Shown: piece by piece, positions 57,982 to 64,000 of the stretch
Layout: every line of letters starts with the position of its first letter
Numbering within the stretch: position 1 is the first letter of the stretch
Assembly: GCA_012295275.1 (NCBI GenBank)
Contig: CM022679.1
Location: forward strand, 16,678,001-16,742,000
DNA from: Chrysomallon squamiferum
Taxonomy: Eukaryota; Animalia; Mollusca
DNA length: 64,000 nt
Reading direction: 5' to 3'
Notes under the pieces: model-generated
The model's database searches: none
What the model was told of the DNA's origin: nothing
Seen by the model: the letters and a program-made list of their open reading frames with translations, nothing else
Program-made: the position numbers and the translations under genes

Positions 57982-60900
57982 TTAAACTTTAGTGACATCG
58001 GTGCTGCTTTGAAAGGAATCCACCCTTGACACCATTGTGTTGTATCTGCTTTTCTTCTCGAAGTTCGGAAACAAATTTTGAAAACCTGAAAAAGAAAATA
58101 ACGAATAGTTAATAAAACGTCACCTCATTTTAATTCGGTAATAATAAAAATATGAAAGAGGAAATCTGCTGTTTTCGCACATTTTGTTATAAACTGAGAG
58201 GGGGGGTTAGTAGAATCAATGTCTCACGATCTGTGATACAACAGTGGTAAACACTGGTTGGACAGGGAACTTCAGCAGGAACAAATTATCATACCAGACA
58301 GAGTTAGGGGTCCATTAAATTAAAACTGAATTAGTGTTACTAAACATTTACCTGTTCATTTCACTTGACTGCAGTGTAATAAATCTATTTGATAACGCCT
58401 GTAGTAAGCCTGTAAAAAGAATTGCTTGTAAATGGAAAACAAGTTATGTTTCTACGTGAAGTATCTGACTCGTTCACAACACACGTGATCAGTTCCCATC
58501 CATTCAGCCACCATTTTTAAACGTTAATTTAACAAAAAATTACGTCACACAAAACGATGGCGACTGCTTCATATTTTCATTACCAAAATGAAATGCACGA
58601 TTCATTGATTTGATACTGACTTAATTTAATGCCTGCAGTGCTTCAGGAAAAAGTCATACCCAGAACAGTGGATGAAATCGTAGATATACAACAATAGTGT
58701 CGAGCTGCATGTTTTTAATTTACTTTGACGTATCTGGAATGTTACAGTTCGTAAAGTCCACATTAAAGCTGGCATGCTTTCGTGAAGTGTCATTTCGAGT
58801 TACACGTCGTTTCTAAAAAGACCAAGTGACGCTTTTTAACTCAGATAAGAGCCTGCAGGAGTTTACTTCTTTAAATGTAATCGTTTAGCAAGTGATACAC
58901 CTAATTAGCCAATTTGTTTTCAATCAGTAAAATCAAGTTTTTTCAATGTAAATTTATCTTGTTTGTCTTTAAGTTTTATTTTAAAAATTTAAGCTTCTTC
59001 GGTATAATAAAATAACAGTGCAGTGAGTCTAAAAGCAAACCGACGCCAGGAGAGCAGATTAAACTGAAGCTAGCTAAGGAACCACGAGAAGCAATTACGT
59101 AATTTAAGTAATAAAAAGCATTAATTACAAAATAAAATTTTCCATCACCCGATTTTATTCCCAGAATGGAATCCAAAAGGGGTCACACAGTGTGCATAAA
59201 AATTTTTTTCTCTGCGAGAAGTTTTTTTTTTTTTTTTTTCCTATAACTACATTTGGAAATTGTATCTTCTAGAATAATGGTTCCCTACTTTATAAAACTT
59301 CTGGACTAGCCGCAGTTCCCACGTTAATACTGAGTGCAAAATAGCGGGTTATCGACCACTTTCAATATCTCGTCTCAGACGAATTTGAGCAGTATATGAG
59401 TTGTCACTTGAATTTCTTGAAAACTCTCAACGGACACAGATGATCAGTTCTGCTCCCACGTATATCTACATCACGATACAGCACTGATAACAGCAGCTTA
59501 TGACGTCACTTGAACACTGTACAGTCTAATCATCCCGCACCCACAGAATCTAAATTATGCTGACACAAATAGCAGTTGTAAAGATACCAGTTGCAGTGAT
59601 AACAACTAAAGTAGTAGTAGCAGTAATAGTAGTAGTTGAAGCAGTAGTACAAACAGTATTAATAGTAGTTTTAGTAGAATAATGGAAACAGCAATAACAG
59701 CATTTGAAATAATAGTAGTATTATTAAAGTTGTAATAGTATTAGTAAAGTAGCAGTAGTAACAGTAGAGGTAGTAGTAATAATAATATTCAGTTACTAGC
59801 AGTAGTTACCAGTAGTAGCAATCCTGCAGTGATAGTAGTCGCAATAGTAGGAGCAGCAGCATCAACTAGCACTTTAAGCTTGTTTATTGTATATACAACG
59901 TTTCTAAAAAAAAAAGCCTCCATGCTCACGTAAGCCAACCACTATTTTATATTTTATTCTCTCTACCCGTTCCTGTAAGAAGCAGTTTTCTTTTTTGTTG
60001 TCTTAAAACATTATGGCATACTCACATCATTTTATTGTGACTGACACTTCACCCTTTAAAACATCCTCCCTGTTAACTGATGTTTTACAGTACGTTCTGG
60101 GTAAGTAGGCTGACACTGACTGAACACTTGAACACTTTATATCATGTACGTGTTTTAATTCCATTTAAAACACGACATATTACTGACAGAGCGGGGGCCT
60201 AATCCAAAATCAATTGAAATAAATCTTGTTCGCTGCAGCTGAAAAATGTTTTGATGCAAAAGAGAAGAGAAAACAGAAATTCTCTTTAAAGATGTGAGTT
60301 AAACGTATGAGAATCAGGTCATAACTAAAAGTATTAAATCGGTAATTTTTTTCTGGAGGTAATGATTATTAGGAGGTTACTGTCTGAGAATTGGGAGTAG
60401 TCAGATGTACTTGACAAAATGGCAATGTTATAAAACATTCCTTTTTTGTGCTCGTATAACAAGTGTGAAAATAACAGTTCTACGTTAAAAAACATTTTGT
60501 CATTTACTATTAGAAAATAAAATATATAGAACTGCAAAACATATGTGTGTGTATGTGTGTGTGCGTGCGTGTGTGCGCGTGCGTGTGTGTGTGTGTGTTT
60601 GTGTACATGTGTAAGTTAGAAACAAAATGATATTAAAAATGATATATGTTCGTCTTCCGGGTGGCATCGAATTATTATACATCGACCTATTTCCAAAGAC
60701 TGTGAATGTTTCATATTTTAAGCCTATCTTAGTAAATAGATATTTAAAACTCTTTGGAATAATTATTTTTGGTTCAACCACTGTGTATAAGTTCTGTATA
60801 AAGATTAATACAAATGACAAACATCTCAGGGTTAAGATTTCCAACGGTGGATGCGTATATTCTGAGATAAAACCATTATGTTAGTCACACGACAGTCAGC

Positions 60901-62200
60901 AAGGTTAATACACTAGTATAAGAGAAACAACATTTCAAAGAAATGATAAATGGATAATTTTTTGTTGTTGTTGTTCTCCATTATTTCTGAATGAGGGAAA
61001 TGTATTACTCGTATGCATAAAATATGATTAAGCGCCATGGAGTTTGTGAATCATCTGATGCATAACGTAACGCACAACTAACAATGAATAATTGCGCACT
61101 TCGTCTCTCAACCTATGTGTTATTCCTTTAAGAAAAGGTTTCACTTACTTAGCAAATCGCAGAGAGGTTTCTAATTCTAGGCTTCTTCAAAACAGCATGG
61201 TAGCAGAGAGGAGAAACAAAAACTTACCTTTTTTGAAATTGTCGTTAAAGCCTGCGTAAATGATAGGATTGATAGCACTGTTGGCTTGAGACAGATACCG
61301 AGCGAAATATTCCAGCTTTTTGAACCAGTCTCCTAACTGAAAAGAGAAAGTAGTAAATTTGGTAATAGCAGTTTAGTTTAAAACTAACGTGTGTTTTTAT
61401 CACCAGTGACAGAAGTGATATAAAAGGAATAGTTATAATGTTGTTACTGTTGTAATAACAGTATTAATAACAGTAGCAGTAATAACCTTTCTAATGGTAT
61501 TAATAATGATACTAAGAGTAGTAGCAGAAGAAGTAAACAATTATTTTTATTAAAGTGATAAGAAATATTATGTAACGTAAAATTTAAGTATATTCCAAAT
61601 GTAAAGCGTACAAACAAATTGTATTAAAACCTCTAATACAACACAGACTTCTGTGTGTTGACCAGTCCATAGAAAGATGTAATAAGTATTGTTTAATACA
61701 AATAACTTGTCATGTACGTACGAGTACACATTTTGAATTGAACTTTGTTAATGCACGCCTGTCAAATTAACTGTAGAAATGGTGATCTGGGAATCAAGCA
61801 AGAAAACTGATGCGCGAATTCCAACATCTTTTATGTGTTTGACCCCTGATGACCACTCAAACTCAATTCTCGAGTAAAATTAATTTAATTAGGGAGTAAC
61901 CAAGACAAGCCTTGAGAGCACACCAGTAATGAGATTTAATTGCGAAAATCCATCTAAATTCTTTAGTCAGTCATTAGAGAACGTTCCAGTGAGCAAATGA
62001 CTATATATCAGAGATCGTTAATTAGTGTAAACAGGGATTTGATTACTGTAAAAGATCACCTTTGAAAGCCGGTGTATAACTAACTGGTTACCCGAATGAA
62101 CACAAATTTTAAGAAAGGCTCTAGTTAATGATACAATGTGGTCTGATCATTGTAAATAATAATAATAGTAATAATAATAATAATAATCATATTATTATAA

Positions 62201-62245
<45 letters not shown>

Positions 62246-62995
62246 AATATAAAAATCGTCCTTGAAACCAATTCAAAATTGTTACCGGTTCAAAATTACC
62301 TTCAAAAGCATTGTAAAGAAAACTTGTTATTAACTTGCTTGACGTGCTAATTAGTACTACGTAAGGATTTACTTAAGAAGTGGTCTATATGGTCAGTCTG
62401 ATCACCATTCCAATTTTCAATTTCCTGACAGTTCCCAGTCTGCGACTAATCACTTTCTTACAGACATGTGATGGTATAGGTCACGTCTCTGTGGCCGCAC
62501 CTATTGTTATATATTACTGAAGCAGTCAAGGATAGCAAACGATGAAACAATAGGGGATTCCAGAATAGTTAATTTCCCAAAAGACCAACAATGAACTTAT
62601 AACATTTCATAGTCCAACAAAATAGTTTACGGAATCAGCGTGTTCTATTGGAGTTTTCATATCTATGAATTTAAAAATGATGGGATGACTGCTGTTTTGA
62701 ATGTACATATAACACCATGTAAGCTGCGACATATTTAAAAACAGGTTTGGATTCTGAGTATGTGTTCACTTTAATGACAATAGCGATTGAATTGTTCAGC
62801 CGTATGACTTAATCCCTTAATAATCCCTCCAGACTGCGGGCCCAGTGAGGTTAACCCGATGTGTACGAAATACGAAAAAAAGTCACTTACACTCGAGTCT
62901 CTGTTTTTCCTGTATACATCATAGAGAAGTATGATAACAGTGGGGCACCAGCAGACGACGAAAGAAAACAAAATCAAAACAAGCATCACGATTGT
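57982..62995 (-). CDS. Class A (rhodopsin-like) GPCR, neuropeptide-receptor-like; last three exons only (TM6, TM7/helix 8, C-tail), 5'-partial
   Basis: Exons 62995-62891 (TIVMLVLILFSFVVCWCPTVIILLYD; CWxP motif), 61336-61228 (ARYLSQANSAINPIIYAGFNDNFKK; NPxxY), 58085-57982 (GFQNLFPNFEKKSRYNTMVSRVDSFQSSTDVTKV*). GT-AG, phases 0 and 1 consistent. The TM7/H8 sequence resembles NPFF/SIFamide/QRFP-type receptors, but the subfamily cannot be assigned from this fragment. Confidence 0.85.
59600..59870. repeat. Degenerate (AGT/AGC/AAT)n trinucleotide tract in the last GPCR intron
   Basis: Interrupted GTA/GCA/ATA triplets over about 270 bp. Confidence 0.8.
60543..60603. repeat. (TG)n/(TGCG)n microsatellite
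   Basis: Direct reading; the CpG-containing units are retained. Confidence 0.9.
62155..62244. repeat. (AAT)n followed by (ATT)n, a self-complementary microsatellite pair
   Basis: An AAT run abuts its reverse complement. Confidence 0.9.
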
Positions 62996-63019
62996 CTGCA
63001 ATAAACAATGAAAAGCATG

Positions 63020-63146
63020 AATCACATACACATAAACACATACACGTAGAAACACGCATACAAACACTCATACACAATGAAACAAACTCACAAACGCGAA
63101 CATGCACGCACACTCACACATCCACACACACACACACACACACACA
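63020..63146. repeat. Degenerate (CA)n tract just upstream of the GPCR TM6 exon acceptor
   Basis: Direct reading. Confidence 0.85.
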
Positions 63147-64000
63147 AGGTGAGGCAGCTTTGTGTGTTTTACTTGTTCAAATCAATAACTTAAAATTTGA
63201 TAACATGCATACAGGTTTATAGGTTATTTGGGCAAACAGCCAAATGTTTCGGGTACCAAATACTACAGCGTTTAGACGGACTGGTTCAAGAAGACATTTT
63301 GTGATGTTGCATTCCGCCAAGGAGCGTTAACGCTACGTTCACGTTTCATTACGGAGTCTTTATCCAATCAAATCTTAGTGTTGTGACCGAATGTAAGCGA
63401 AACTGAACGGGATGAGCTACCGTTTATTCTTTTGATGATGTAATAGATTTGTTTTTGTTGATGTTTGTTATTTTGTCGCCGAATATTACCGAAACTTCTA
63501 TTTTTAATGTAATAATCTTGTTATTGTTTGTTTAAATTTAATGAATAGTTTTCCAATGAAACTGAATTAATTTTAAAAACTTACTGCCTTGATGTGTTAG
63601 TTACACATTTTTTTTTTTCTCTATGTATCTGCAGGGCAGAGAACACGAATATACGTGTGACAGAAAAATCGATTATAATTCCATATGTTACCACATTAAT
63701 GTTTTTTTGCTTGCGTTATACACGACAATAACCGAATATTTTCTGCAAATTAATAAAGCAGGCACCACGATATATTTTTTTTCTCATTTTATTTCTACGA
63801 TTCAAAAGTTATATTCAGTGATGGTGTTCCCTTTTCACTGATATGCTGGATCCGCCATGTACATACAGGTATTAATGACAAATGTTCCAGGTTCATACAA
63901 ATAACATCGTTATCGACCTTAAATCCAATTTAAATCTGAATCCTTTCTGTAAAATCTAATAACTTTGTGTTAGTCACCGGCGAATATTTGTAGATTTGAT

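Overview
AT-rich, intron-containing animal genomic DNA (lophotrochozoan/mollusc-like by overall style, which is inference only); no prokaryotic features, CRISPR arrays or intact RNA genes are supported. I assembled six spliced protein-coding genes by hand, checking splice sites and reading-frame phase at each junction: SMURF (minus, 16 exons, 3' end beyond the left edge), GID4 (minus, complete), ATPAF2 (plus, complete), DRC3/LRRC48 (minus, complete but with a +1 frameshift in its first coding exon and one U12-type AT-AC intron), TOM1/TOM1L2 (plus, complete, with several microexons) and the last three exons of a rhodopsin-class peptide-type GPCR (minus, 5' end beyond the right edge). GID4-ATPAF2-DRC3-TOM1L2 has the same order and relative orientations as the human 17p11.2 block, organised around two compact head-to-head promoters. 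Introns hold two decayed Tc1/mariner-pogo-type DNA transposons, a foldback element, a tRNA-like remnant and microsatellites. CpGs are scarce in the housekeeping gene bodies but common at the three promoters and from about 57.4 kb onward. I found no clearly novel system; the best leads are the synteny block, the DRC3 frameshift with a possible rescuing ATG, and the minor intron.
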